Positions 1 through 12,475 of a stretch of DNA of 64,000 nucleotides are shown piece by piece (the first letter of the stretch is position 1; each line of letters opens with the position of its first letter). Origin of the DNA: Proteromonas lacertae (taxonomy: Eukaryota); contig NGBS01000594.1 in the NCBI GenBank assembly GCA_002245135.1, positions 1-64,000 of the forward strand, written 5' to 3'. The notes under the pieces were generated by a model. That model saw nothing but the letters and a program-made list of their open reading frames with translations. It was not told where the DNA came from and did no database searches. A program made the position numbers and the translations under genes.

Positions 1-1234
1 GTTTCAGTATCTTCATCATTTTTATCACCATTTCATAAATTACAGAACTCGCAGTGATTTCTTTGATCTTGGGAGGATCTGGTATTTTTTATCTTCTTTC
101 ATGTTCTATTTCTATTTCTAATAATTTTTCTTTCTCTTCTTTTGTCATCATCTTTGCTTTTTCATTGAGATCTTTTAATGTTGAGCTTTCTTTAATCTTT
201 TATATAAGTAATAACTACTTTCTAATTTCTTTCTTAACTTCCCTTTCTTTCTCATCTTGTAAATATAATTCCATGCACTTGTTAACAAATTCATTGATTC
301 TTCACTATCACTCTCAATATCTGTTTTTGGATTTAAATTTGAAATTGATGAAGGAGGAGGGGGTGGATTATCGATTTCTTTTGTTTTGACTTCCTCAAGC
401 TTTTTCTCTTCTTCTTCTTCTTCTTCTTTATCTAATTTCACTATTTTTATCTTTCTTTCATCTGGTTTCCAAATAGAGATGGAGGAGGAGTTGATGGCGT
501 CCAGGAAGTAAAAATCTATGATGCCAAGCATTCTTACAATTAATTAATATGATATTATTAGCGCATAAAGAGAGTTATTTACAAATATATATAAATAATG
601 ACTATTTGTAAATTTTCCAGTAATAAATCGATGTTATTACTTCATGGCAAATTTGATGAAAATCATCCCGCCATTAAATACTGAGAAGATTAAATTCAAT
701 GAAATTTTGTATATATACTACACATTATATAGTCTATTAAAATTAACAATAATATTTAAGATACTAAAAAAATTACATGTCTTAAATAAGATTTAAAAAA
801 ATTATATATAGATTTTATAATTTTTTATATGCAACAGAAAGGAAAGATTTTAGTATTTTATCAAGAAATATTGTTGATAATTTTACAAAAGACTTTTTAT
901 TTATAAACTTAGTAATATATAGTCATATTAATGAACAGAAGTCAAATTAAAATGCGAGATGTGTTTAGGTTTTTATATAATACCAAATTTTCTAGATTGG
1001 AATAATAGTTCATTTTTAATAACACAAATACGTGAAAAGTGTAGAAAAGAACCAACAATCTTCAGATAATAATAATAATAATACTTTAATGAAATATTAT
1101 TATTATTATTATTTTATATATATATGTTTGTATGTATTTGTTGATTTATTGATTTTATGTTCAATTATATTGCAATTTTTGACAGTTTAAGGCGTATTAA
1201 TAGACTTTCCCTATATAAATTATTGAAAATCTAG

Positions 1235-1895
1235 TCGTTTAACGATGCTATTATTTCAAAAAAAAGATTTTAAAGCTGTGCATTTCTTTTCTTCTTTGAT
1301 TTTATAATTTTCAAATAGATTATACACATCATTTTCAGTAATATTAATTCTTTTATATACTAAACACCAAATTTCCATATAAAAATGTCTTATACATTTT
1401 CTTTCTAATATTTTATTCGCTCCATTTAACATATACAATTCATAACCCTGCATATCAACAGATGCAACATGTATTTTATAAGTGAAATAATGCAATAATG
1501 TATCTAATTTAACTGTATTAATTTCTCTTTAAATATAATTCTGATGCAAATTAATTAGTAAAGAACCTCCCCAATTCCCCTTTTCAATATTTATGATTTT
1601 AGAATTATCAATATTACTTAATCCTACTTTATAAAGAGTAATGTTTTTTATCCATTTTTTAAACACCTGCATCCATAAAAATAATCGTCATTTTCTAAAC
1701 CTGACAAAGAAATATAATCATTATCTGTCCTTACATACATTAAAAATTCTGATTCATTTTTATTCTTTATTTTAATTAATTCAATACTATCTCTACATGA
1801 AGGACATTCTACACTTTTTCTATCCCATTTGTATCTCTTTATGTCATTATGAAAAACAATTTGATATATATTAACAGTAGAATGAATATAAAAAA
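1235..1895 (-). pseudogene. FkbM-family methyltransferase pseudogene (mirror copy of 5790-6450)
   Basis: Reverse complement of 5790-6450. ORF 1256-1495 contains SVDMQGYELYML. Confidence 0.8.
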
Positions 1896-2499
1896 GAACA
1901 ATACAGAAATATAATATTACAGTTTATGTTTTGAATTATATATTAACAAACTGTTGAAATTTCAAAGCAAATTCAAAACAAAATTTACACCCTATTGATA
2001 AACTCAAGAGAAGTCCAGGATGATTTAGGTGCAATCTTTAGCAATGGCTTAGGTGGTAATGGTGGTGTTATTTCTTTAACAATTGGTTTTTCACGAACTA
2101 TTGGTGGTGGCTCAGCAATTTCATAATTTACTTTAGGTAATATTGGTTTAAGTGTTGGCTATATAATTTTTTTTAGGATTAGCCCAACTATGCTTACTGT
2201 AATAATAATCTTTATCATTATTAACATTATCTTCCATTTCTTTTAAGGTATCTTTGTTGATAATAACTTTTGGTACTGGTGTAATTTTAGTTTCATCAGT
2301 AACAACTTTAGCTAGTGATGTTACTTTATCTTCATCATTACTTACTTTAACTGATGGTGTAATTTTATCTTTCTTATATTTACCTTTGGTTTTGATACAT
2401 TAATTTTGATAACTTCATTATCATCATCAACATCTTCAAAAACATTATCATCATTAATCCAATATCATCAGCTAAATCCTTCTCAGACTTTAAAGGCTT

Positions 2500-2655
2500 T
2501 GTTGTGCGCCGTTGAGCCGGTTGCGCCGTTGAGCCGCTCTCATCATATAATTACTTTTAAAACAATCTAATATTATTTTTATCTTAGTTATAATGAGTTA
2601 TTAGCAAATATAAAGTTAGTTTGTCATATGACCTACATCTGTGATATACTTATTT
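2500..2655. repeat. Transposon end of the TGTTGTGCGCCGTTGAGC family (mirror of 5030-5185)
   Basis: tgttgtgcgccgttgagccg at 2500 matches the MITE end at 24758 and the reverse complement of 35659-35678. Confidence 0.75.
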
Positions 2656-3725
2656 ATGAACTTCATTATTCTTAATGAAGCAATGACTCTTCTCATAATC
2701 GTTTGAGTCAGGGAACTCTCTCTTGATACGGTACTTGATAAGCTTCTGACAGGGATAACTTTGATGAGTAAGGAACTGACGGAAGGAAGTTGTTCCTGAA
2801 CAACAGTAAGGGCAACAAAAGTAAGTGTTGCGGTTCTTCTTGCGGTGTCTTTGGAGTACGATCTCTTCATAAGGGCACTAAGACTCATGACTATCCAGAA
2901 GTGTCATTCATGGTAGAATAGATTCACATGAGGGTTGTTTAAATGCTTGTCTATCTTCGGTTAGTAGATTGGATCTGCGCAATGGATGTGGTTCTTCTCC
3001 TGTAACTGTTGAATCTTGTTATGATGGAAGCCTAAGTCCATTGGGTAAGTTAACATGTTATCATCAACCATTGGACGATCAGGATGAGTACCACAGGAAG
3101 GTCTTAAGAACATCGCAATGCAATAAAGGAAGCATCGATCGTCAGTGTTCTTTACTGTACAACAACACTTCTTATTAGCAATAAACTCTGATAACTTCGG
3201 TATCCTACAACATCCTCCTTGCATGCTATCGAAGACTGCTAACTTTACTTTGACAGCATCTTTTGTCTTGAAGATTACCCCTGACTTCTCTTGAGCTAAG
3301 TCCTTATTGAGCTTATCATGAATCGCTGCTTGGAATAGATCTTGGATGCTCTTCCTATCGATGAAGCTGTTAATTGAGAATGTATCGCACTTGACAATAT
3401 AGATCTTGTTGGTGCTTACTTTGAGGTTCATATGGGCAGTCAGTATCTGCTCCAATCTATCGTAGAATGGTTCATTGCCATAGCATAATTGATTGATGAA
3501 GGCTTCCGGATTATCTCTTAAGGTCATTTGAGGAGTCTCTATCTGGATTACCCTAGAGTACTCCATCGAGGACAACTCCTTCTCATGCATGTTGAACACT
3601 CTCTGATCCATAGGCAATGCTCTTGGATCATTAACCATCGGTGGAACTACTGCGTGATCTCTTCTCGGGCTCCTTGAAGTCCTTTGCTTCTTCGTCGGAG
3701 TATTATCGCTAGGTGATGATTCCAA
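2650..3725 (-). pseudogene. Polinton-type pPolB N-terminal module, decayed (mirror copy)
   Basis: Identical to 3957-5035 except for the first codons. Confidence 0.65.
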
Positions 3726-3956
3726 TCATGTACTTTTCCGAGGCCTTCTAACTTCACATCTTCATCTTCTTCCTCTTTTAAGAGTGCTCCTTTATGTTAT
3801 CTTGATCACAGCCAGGACAATACATGCTTATTATGACTTAGCGTTAGGGTTACGGTTCATGATTGGAATCATCGGAGAAGTCTACGATCGGATTCTACGT
3901 GAAGTGAAACACCTGATAGCTATCAGTTTTTAATTTCCAAGTACTTCTCAGGAAGT

Positions 3957-5035
3957 ATGAAGAGATCATTACCTAGCGATAATACTCCGACGAAGAAGCA
4001 AAGGACTTCAAGGAGCCCGAGAAGAGATCACGCAGTAGTTCCACCGATGGTTAATGATCCAAGAGCATTGCCTATGGATCAGAGAGTGTTCAACATGCAT
4101 GAGAAGGAGTTGTCCTCGATGGAGTACTCTAGGGTAATCCAGATAGAGACTCCTCAAATGACCTTAAGAGATAATCCGGAAGCCTTCATCAATCAATTAT
4201 GCTATGGCAATGAACCATTCTACGATAGATTGGAGCAGATACTGACTGCCCATATGAACCTCAAAGTAAGCACCAACAAGATCTATATTGTCAAGTGCGA
4301 TACATTCTCAATTAACAGCTTCATCGATAGGAAGAGCATCCAAGATCTATTCCAAGCAGCGATTCATGATAAGCTCAATAAGGACTTAGCTCAAGAGAAG
4401 TCAGGGGTAATCTTCAAGACAAAAGATGCTGTCAAAGTAAAGTTAGCAGTCTTCGATAGCATGCAAGGAGGATGTTGTAGGATACCGAAGTTATCAGAGT
4501 TTATTGCTAATAAGAAGTGTTGTTGTACAGTAAAGAACACTGACGATCGATGCTTCCTTTATTGCATTGCGATGTTCTTAAGACCTTCCTGTGGTACTCA
4601 TCCTGATCGTCCAATGGTTGATGATAACATGTTAACTTACCCAATGGACTTAGGCTTCCATCATAACAAGATTCAACAGTTACAGGAGAAGAACCACATC
4701 CATTGCGCAGATCCAATCTACTAACCGAAGATAGACAAGCATTTAAACAACCCTCATGTGAATCTATTCTACCATGAATGACACTTCTGGATAGTCATGA
4801 GTCTTAGTGCCCTTATGAAGAGATCGTACTCCAAAGACACCGCAAGAAGAACCGCAACACTTACTTTTGTTGCCCTTACTGTTGTTCAGGAACAACTTCC
4901 TTCCGTCAGTTCCTTACTCATCAAAGTTATCCCTGTCAGAAGCTTATCAAGTACCGTATCAAGAGAGAGTTCCCTGACTCAAACGATTATGAGAAGAGTC
5001 ATTGCTTCATTAAGAATAATGAAGTTCATAAATAA
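3957..5035 (+). pseudogene. Polinton/adintovirus-type protein-primed PolB N-terminal module, truncated pseudogene
   Basis: GGCCRIPKLSEFIANKKCCCTVKNTDDRCFLYCIA resembles the Polinton pPolB N-terminal motif (GSSYIxLPxxIxNKKAxINIKNxDxxCFLW). Past the TAA at 4722 the frame continues HVNLFYHE*HFWIVMSLSALM. A frameshift then gives YFCCPYCC...FLTHQSYPC (zinc-finger-like). No polymerase core is present. Confidence 0.65.
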
Positions 5036-5185
5036 GTATATCACAGATGTAGGTCATATGACAAACTAACTTTATATTTGCTAATAACTCATTATAACTA
5101 AGATAAAAATAATATTAGATTGTTTTAAAAGTAATTATATGATGAGAGCGGCTCAACGGCGCAACCGGCTCAACGGCGCACAACA
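5030..5185. repeat. Right end of a TGT...ACA transposon family (Ginger-like)
   Basis: Ends ...ggctcaacggcgcacaaca at 5185. 5093-5185 aligns with 35603-35678. 5044-5090 aligns with 25135-25181. Confidence 0.75.
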
Positions 5186-5789
5186 AAGCCTTTAAAGTCT
5201 GAGAAGGATTTAGCTGATGATATTGGATTAATGATGATAATGTTTTTGAAGATGTTGATGATGATAATGAAGTTATCAAAATTAATGTATCAAAACCAAA
5301 GGTAAATATAAGAAAGATAAAATTACACCATCAGTTAAAGTAAGTAATGATGAAGATAAAGTAACATCACTAGCTAAAGTTGTTACTGATGAAACTAAAA
5401 TTACACCAGTACCAAAAGTTATTATCAACAAAGATACCTTAAAAGAAATGGAAGATAATGTTAATAATGATAAAGATTATTATTACAGTAAGCATAGTTG
5501 GGCTAATCCTAAAAAAAATTATATAGCCAACACTTAAACCAATATTACCTAAAGTAAATTATGAAATTGCTGAGCCACCACCAATAGTTCGTGAAAAACC
5601 AATTGTTAAAGAAATAACACCACCATTACCACCTAAGCCATTGCTAAAGATTGCACCTAAATCATCCTGGACTTCTCTTGAGTTTATCAATAGGGTGTAA
5701 ATTTTGTTTTGAATTTGCTTTGAAATTTCAACAGTTTGTTAATATATAATTCAAAACATAAACTGTAATATTATATTTCTGTATTGTTC

Positions 5790-6450
5790 TTTTTTATATT
5801 CATTCTACTGTTAATATATATCAAATTGTTTTTCATAATGACATAAAGAGATACAAATGGGATAGAAAAAGTGTAGAATGTCCTTCATGTAGAGATAGTA
5901 TTGAATTAATTAAAATAAAGAATAAAAATGAATCAGAATTTTTAATGTATGTAAGGACAGATAATGATTATATTTCTTTGTCAGGTTTAGAAAATGACGA
6001 TTATTTTTATGGATGCAGGTGTTTAAAAAATGGATAAAAAACATTACTCTTTATAAAGTAGGATTAAGTAATATTGATAATTCTAAAATCATAAATATTG
6101 AAAAGGGGAATTGGGGAGGTTCTTTACTAATTAATTTGCATCAGAATTATATTTAAAGAGAAATTAATACAGTTAAATTAGATACATTATTGCATTATTT
6201 CACTTATAAAATACATGTTGCATCTGTTGATATGCAGGGTTATGAATTGTATATGTTAAATGGAGCGAATAAAATATTAGAAAGAAAATGTATAAGACAT
6301 TTTTATATGGAAATTTGGTGTTTAGTATATAAAAGAATTAATATTACTGAAAATGATGTGTATAATCTATTTGAAAATTATAAAATCAAAGAAGAAAAGA
6401 AATGCACAGCTTTAAAATCTTTTTTTTGAAATAATAGCATCGTTAAACGA
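5790..6450 (+). pseudogene. FkbM-family methyltransferase pseudogene, paralogue of 21940-22803
   Basis: Fragments ECPSCRDSIELIK, YFYGCRC/MDAG, NIEKGNWGGS, KIHVASVDMQGYEL and IRHFYMEIWC match ORF 21940-22803, with deletions and frameshifts. Confidence 0.85.
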
Positions 6451-7149
6451 CTAGATTTTCAATAATTTATATAGGGAAAGTCTATTAATACGCCTTAAAC
6501 TGTCAAAAATTGCAATATAATTGAACATAAAATCAATAAATCAACAAATACATACAAACATATATATATAAAATAATAATAATAATAATATTTCATTAAA
6601 GTATTATTATTATTATTATCTGAAGATTGTTGGTTCTTTTCTACACTTTTCACGTATTTGTGTTATTAAAAATGAACTATTATTCCAATCTAGAAAATTT
6701 GGTATTATATAAAAACCTAAACACATCTCGCATTTTAATTTGACTTCTGTTCATTAATATGACTATATATTACTAAGTTTATAAATAAAAAGTCTTTTGT
6801 AAAATTATCAACAATATTTCTTGATAAAATACTAAAATCTTTCCTTTCTGTTGCATATAAAAAATTATAAAATCTATATATAATTTTTTTAAATCTTATT
6901 TAAGACATGTAATTTTTTTAGTATCTTAAATATTATTGTTAATTTTAATAGACTATATAATGTGTAGTATATATACAAAATTTCATTGAATTTAATCTTC
7001 TCAGTATTTAATGGCGGATGATTTTCATCAAATTTGCCATGAAGTAATAACATCGATTTATTACTGGAAAATTTACAAATAGTCATTATTTATATATATT
7101 TGTAAATAACTCTCTTTATGCGCTAATAATATCATATTAATTAATTGTA

Positions 7150-7738
7150 AGAATGCTTGCATCATAGATTTTTACTTCCTGGACGCCATCAACTCCTCCT
7201 CCATCTCTATTTGGAAACCAGATGAAAGAAAGATAAAAATAGTGAAATTAGATAAAGAAGAAGAAGAAGAAGAAGAGAAAAAGCTTGAGGAAGTCAAAAC
7301 AAAAGAAATCGATAATCCACCCCCTCCTCCTTCATCAATTTCAAATTTAAATCCAAAAACAGATATTGAGAGTGATAGTGAAGAATCAATGAATTTGTTA
7401 ACAAGTGCATGGAATTATATTTACAAGATGAGAAAGAAAGGGAAGTTAAGAAAGAAATTAGAAAGTAGTTATTACTTATATAAAAGATTAAAGAAAGCTC
7501 AACATTAAAAGATCTCAATGAAAAAGCAAAGATGATGACAAAAGAAGAGAAAGAAAAATTATTAGAAATAGAAATAGAACATGAAAGAAGATAATAAAAT
7601 ACCAGATCCTCCCAAGATCAAAGAAATCACTGCGAGTTCTGTAATTTATGAAATGGTGATAAAAATGATGAAGATACTGAAACAAAAGTTAGAAAGCACA
7701 TTAAAAAGTATCAAGCAAAAGAAGAAAAAAAGTTGTTA
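7150..7738 (+). pseudogene. Decayed acidic/Pro/Lys-rich ORF of unknown function, interrupted by the Tc1 element
   Basis: Fragmented ORFs 7242-7508 and 7581-7738 end at the TA target site. Mirror copy at 1-531. Confidence 0.35.
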
Positions 7739-9392
7739 CAGATTGTTGCAATTAAATGTTGCTAAATTTCATAATACTTGTACGAGCCATCAAGTTTGGC
7801 ATTTCTGTAACGACTCTTTCCAAAAAACATATTTTTTGTTGCAAATCACTTATTCGAACCTCAAGTTCTAATTTTTTGTTTTACAATTCCTCACATAATT
7901 TCATCTCATAAACACACATTTAAAGAGAATTTCAGATATATAATTCTTTATTATTGTGAATAATAGACCTATATGTCTTCACCTCCCAAGACTTTTCTAA
8001 ACACAGAATGACTAACGTATTGAATGGTTTTATAACATTCTGCAGGTGTAATTGTTTTAAATGACTCCTTAATACGTATTAATACTTCATCTCTAGTTGT
8101 ATAGTGTGAACACTCTACTCTCTTTTTCCAGAAACCGAAGATATACTCAATTGGGTTTAATGGTGAGCTATAAGGAGTATTATATAAAATTCTGTTGCCT
8201 GAATTAAGTATAACACTCTCCATATCTTTATCGTGGTGTATAGAAGCATTATCTAAGAATATTACCACTGGAGCTAAATGCTTAACATCCTCAAGCAATT
8301 GTTTAATATAGACAGTAAAAACTGGAATACTATTATTACCATATATAATCTGATTATGCAACATACCAAGTTCACACGTTGAAGAAATAATTGTAATTTC
8401 GCTTGAATTACTTCTCATATGAACTATAGGAGTCTCTCCAATTGGTGCACGTGCACGTCCTGTAACAAGACCCATTTGCCAATGAGTCTCGTCTACATAC
8501 ACAGGTCTAAATCCACTCTCTTGGAATTGAATTAACTTTCGAACTACAGTTATTCTTTGTTGAATTAAGTCAGGTATATTATCTTTATTAGAACCTCTAA
8601 TTACAAAACGTTTTAATGTTATGTTAGGCAGTCCATCATCCATCATCCTTTTTGTTAAATGTCTATGGATATTTGAAGTGCTTACTGTTTTACCTGTTTC
8701 ATGTGCAATTACAGCTTGAAGTTCTTTAAGACTACTTTTGTTATTTTCTCGAATTTTATTAATTAATATCAAAGATTCTGATTCTCCAAGTATGCGTTGT
8801 CTTCCTTTCTTAGTTGCAGACTTATCAATATCACCTCCTTTGTTTAGAATTCTTAACAAGCTTTTTACTCTGGTGATGTTTATATTGGTCATACTGGAGT
8901 AGTACTCAGGAGTAGTTGTTTTACCGTGGTAAGCAAATAATCTTTTCATAGTTTCTAACTGAGATTGATTAACCTTTTGATATACTCTTTTTTCTGATTG
9001 TTCTTTAGCTTTAGCTATAGGTTTAGATTTTTTGGAAGATATAACTTCTAATAGTTCAACATTATCTGGTATTCCTGATATAGGCTCAATTACTACATCT
9101 TGTAAAACTTCAACCTCTGCTGATCTGCTTAAAAACTTGTTTCGACAGAAATCATCAGTTAAATTTACGTAACGAATTGTCTATAAATGTTATATGAATA
9201 TTAATATACCATTATAAACAAAGAACTATTTTATTTATAAAAATTAAGCTTTATTTATCTGTTTTTATAAAAATTAAAAGATCTTTGGAGGGATTAAGAG
9301 CTTGAGGTTCGAATAAGTGATTTGCAACAAAAAGTATGTTTTTTGGAAAGAGTCGTTACAGAAATTTAGCAACATTTAATTGCAACAACCTG
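7739..9392 (-). mobile_element. Tc1/mariner (IS630-Tc1) DNA transposon, apparently complete
   Basis: ~95-bp TIRs: cagattgttgcaattaaatgttgctaaatttc... at 7739 and ...gaaatttagcaacatttaattgcaacaacctg ending at 9392. TA flanks both sides (7737-7738, 9393-9394). The left TIR carries a 35-bp insert. Confidence 0.93.
7969..9212 (-). CDS. DD34E transposase (~404 aa; 29-nt intron 9181-9209 directly after the ATG)
   Basis: Motifs YVDETHW and FLDNASIH...PYSSPLNPIE with 34 residues between D and E. The frame is open from 9180 to 7969. ATG at 9210-9212 is followed by GTATATT...TTTATAG. Confidence 0.88.
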
Positions 9393-9852
9393 TAGTAAGA
9401 TAATAGTAGAATCAAAAATGGGTTTGGCTTGGCCATCCCATTCTCTTTTAATACTTCACATATGTATTGTCTTTATTTTTTGTACTATTTACAAGCTTGA
9501 TTTGATAGAGTTTTTATAAAATAAAAGAAAACTATCAATAATTCAGCCAAAAATAAATATAACCAAAAATAATAAAAAAAACTAATCTAGCTGTTGTATT
9601 TTTTTTATTTTTATTTCTCACTTTTTGAAATGTCTCTTTATCTATTGATTTTTATATCATAAATTTATTGCTACCTTATAGGTAATCAACAAAATTTTAA
9701 TTTTAGACTGATCAAATAACTTTTTCATAATTAAAAATCGAGAAAACAAAAGTCGAACGATTTCAATAAAAATAGTTGTTTTGTCTGAATTTTCATTCCC
9801 TTTATTTAGATCTTTCTCGCTAATTAGAGCAAATGAGTTCCCCAAAACAACC

Positions 9853-10758
9853 ATGTAAAGTCACTGTCAAAAAAAACTCCTGTTACAGAGTCTGAAAAAG
9901 AGAAAATTAGAGCTCTGGTAAATCAATCTTGTAGTATTGGAGAAATTGCCTTAAAAATGGCAAGAACCAAGAGTACTATTTGGAAGTACTTACAAATTAT
10001 GGGGTTGAAGACATCCAAAGCCATATTAAGTATTTCACCACCTAAGGTTAGAAAAGGGAGAAAACCAATTATTTTGAACTCTATCATTAGTGGGTAAGCT
10101 GTTAGAGATTATATCTTGAGAAGTCAAGTTAATGGCATTACAATTCAATCTGCCAAAACACTCAGAAATGTGTTGGTGAAGAACAGCTTAATCCCTCAGC
10201 AGTATCATTAAGTACAATTCGTTGAAGAAAGATTAATGACAGTATCTCAAAACATATTCTTGGATTATAAGACGATTATGTTCTCAGATGAGTCGATGAT
10301 TAGACTTAGAAATGTTAAAAGTGTTTGATGGAGTATCTCTGGAAAACCTATTATTAGGAAGCAAAGGATCAAAGGAAACGCAGGTCTGGGATGCCTTTTC
10401 AGAGTATGGATTCACTGATCTGATGGTTATGCAGAAGTCATTTGAACCCAAAGATGGTGTAAGTAAGGGAATAAATTCAGTTAGACAATGTTATTTCTTA
10501 CAAGACAGCACCAGCATGTATAAAAGTAGGTATACCACAGAATATCTTCAAAGGAACGGTTGGAAACCTATCAGAAATCCACCGTTTTCTCCAGACTTAA
10601 ATCCTATTGAAAAGATCTGGGCGACTCTAAAACACAAGATTAGTGAAGATGAAAACAATTTCAAAGACTTAGATAGCCTAGAAGAAGCTGCAAAAAGAAT
10701 TTGGAATGAAAAAATGAATCGAACGATATTTTTGAAACTGCTATTATTTAAAATATAA
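9853..10758 (+). pseudogene. Second Tc1/mariner transposase, decayed
   Basis: HTH-like EKEKIRALVNQSCSIGEIALKMARTKSTIWKYL, IMFSDESMI, and FLQDSTSMYKS...PPFSPDLNPIEKIW, with stops and frameshifts. Confidence 0.85.
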
Positions 10759-11560
10759 TGAATCATTATTTAAATTTTATTGTTTTGTTTATATATATAT
10801 ATGTATTGTATTGTTTTTATTATGTTTGACTTAATCAATAAAATGCATTTTAAAGATGTAATTCTTTTTCGAATCCATATACAATAAAAATTTATTAAAA
10901 ATATATTAAAAATAAATTATATCTATAAATAAATAAGTATTTGAAAATAAATAAAAATTAAAAATCATTATTTCCATTTATCAGTTTTTATATTGAAATT
11001 ACACATTTCATGATTAGAAAAATGAATAGAAATTCAATTAAATACATCTTATCAAGCCAAAAACTATGCTATTTTTCTTTCCAAATTTTCTTATCATAGT
11101 AATAAATTATAAGAACCAATCTATGGTAAAATTGGTTTATAACTAAAAATCATTTTTTATGATTTATATTTAGCAACAATATATCTTAATTAGAAAGTAC
11201 ATATTTTACACTTCAGTTTATCATATATTTATTTTAATAATAACGTTAATATATTATAAGATATTTATATTTAGAAATAAAAACAAATTTAATGATTTTA
11301 TTAATTATTGTCAGAAAATAGCTAAAACAATTTCTAATAAACACATTAAATCAGTTTCAAAAAATGATAAATACAAAATATTATTCAATCTGTCATTAAA
11401 AAAGAAATGCCTATATTTAATAAATTATATTATTAAAGAGAATAAATTATTTAAAAATGAACAGAATCATTTAAAATATAAAACATTTCCACATAGAAGC
11501 TATTATAGATTAAGTCCTATAATTAACAAAAGAGAATATATTCTGATAAATACCTACGAA

Positions 11561-12475
11561 ATGCAAAACTTCATATACACATATCAAAATCCATTAATTT
11601 GTGATAATAAAAATTTTTTATTAGTCACTGGATATTCAGCTGGACAAGGTATTGAGTTAAGAATTATAGCATCTTTGTTAGGATTAGCTATTGAAACAAA
11701 TAGAATAGCTATATATCATCCATATTATAAAACTATTCATACTGCAGGTGATTATTGTAATAATAAATCTAGAAATTGGGAATGTTTTCTTGAACCATTG
11801 ACAAATTGTTCTTTGCAGAACGAAAATATTTTATCTGCCGTGGAACTAGTATCCATACATCAATTAGATAAAATAGTTTATGTAGCTCAAAATAATATAA
11901 AGAAATATTTAAAACTAGTGCCACTTGCATTAAAAGATAAAATAAATTGTACTATAAAACTATCATATATATATAAATATTGGTCTATACAATCATTAAC
12001 ATATGTTATTAGGTTAAATAAACGAACATATCAACATATTGTTAATAAATATAAAGAAATAAATAATATAAAATATATGGAGTGTATGAGCGTTTGGATT
12101 AGGCATGGAGATAAAATTAAAGAGATGAATTTAATACCCACTAATCAATATGTAAGTGCAATTTCATTTTTTAAAAGTGTGGCAAAAACTAATTTTTTGG
12201 TGTATTTATCTTCTGATGATCCTAATGTATTTAATGAAGTAAATAAATCATATTCAATAGTATACTTACATTTTAATAGAAGTGATTACAATATGACAAG
12301 AGAATATAAAGTAAGAGGATCAACTTTAACATTATATGTTTTAGCCGATATTATGGCAGCATTGTCATGTAATTCTTTTTGTGGAACATTAAAGAGTAAT
12401 ATAATAAGAATAATTAATGAGCTAAGAATGACAGTAGGATTTCATTCTAATTCTCCATATTTTGAAATGGAATAA
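11561..12475 (+). CDS. Alpha-1,6-fucosyltransferase-like (GT23/FUT8-NodZ type); frame open upstream to about 11270
   Basis: Fucosyltransferase motifs VWIRHGDKIKE, VYLSSDDP and DIMAALSCNSFCGTLKSNIIRIINELR. Confidence 0.78.
   Translation: MQNFIYTYQNPLICDNKNFLLVTGYSAGQGIELRIIASLLGLAIETNRIAIYHPYYKTIHTAGDYCNNKSRNWECFLEPLTNCSLQNENILSAVELVSIHQLDKIVYVAQNNIKKYLKLVPLALKDKINCTIKLSYIYKYWSIQSLTYVIRLNKRTYQHIVNKYKEINNIKYMECMSVWIRHGDKIKEMNLIPTNQYVSAISFFKSVAKTNFLVYLSSDDPNVFNEVNKSYSIVYLHFNRSDYNMTREYKVRGSTLTLYVLADIMAALSCNSFCGTLKSNIIRIINELRMTVGFHSNSPYFEME

Larger units (their letters stand above)
1..7683. repeat. Large near-perfect inverted duplication (palindrome): arms 1-3714 and 3971-7683, extended inward by a 16-bp pair 3715-3730/3858-3873
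   Basis: Position 1 gtttcagtat is the reverse complement of 7674-7683. Mirrored ORFs have constant coordinate sums (1256+6429, 2616+5069, 2961+4724 = 7685). I noticed only three 1-nt indels (near 85, 524, 668). The left arm runs off the window start. Confidence 0.97.

Noticed and set aside
2500..5185. TIR-bounded element explaining the palindrome
   Set aside because: The inverted identity extends 2.5 kb beyond both ends, so the paired ends are a by-product of the larger duplication.
5186..5700. Pro/Lys-rich fragmented reading frame
   Set aside because: Frameshifted low-complexity sequence with no recognisable family.
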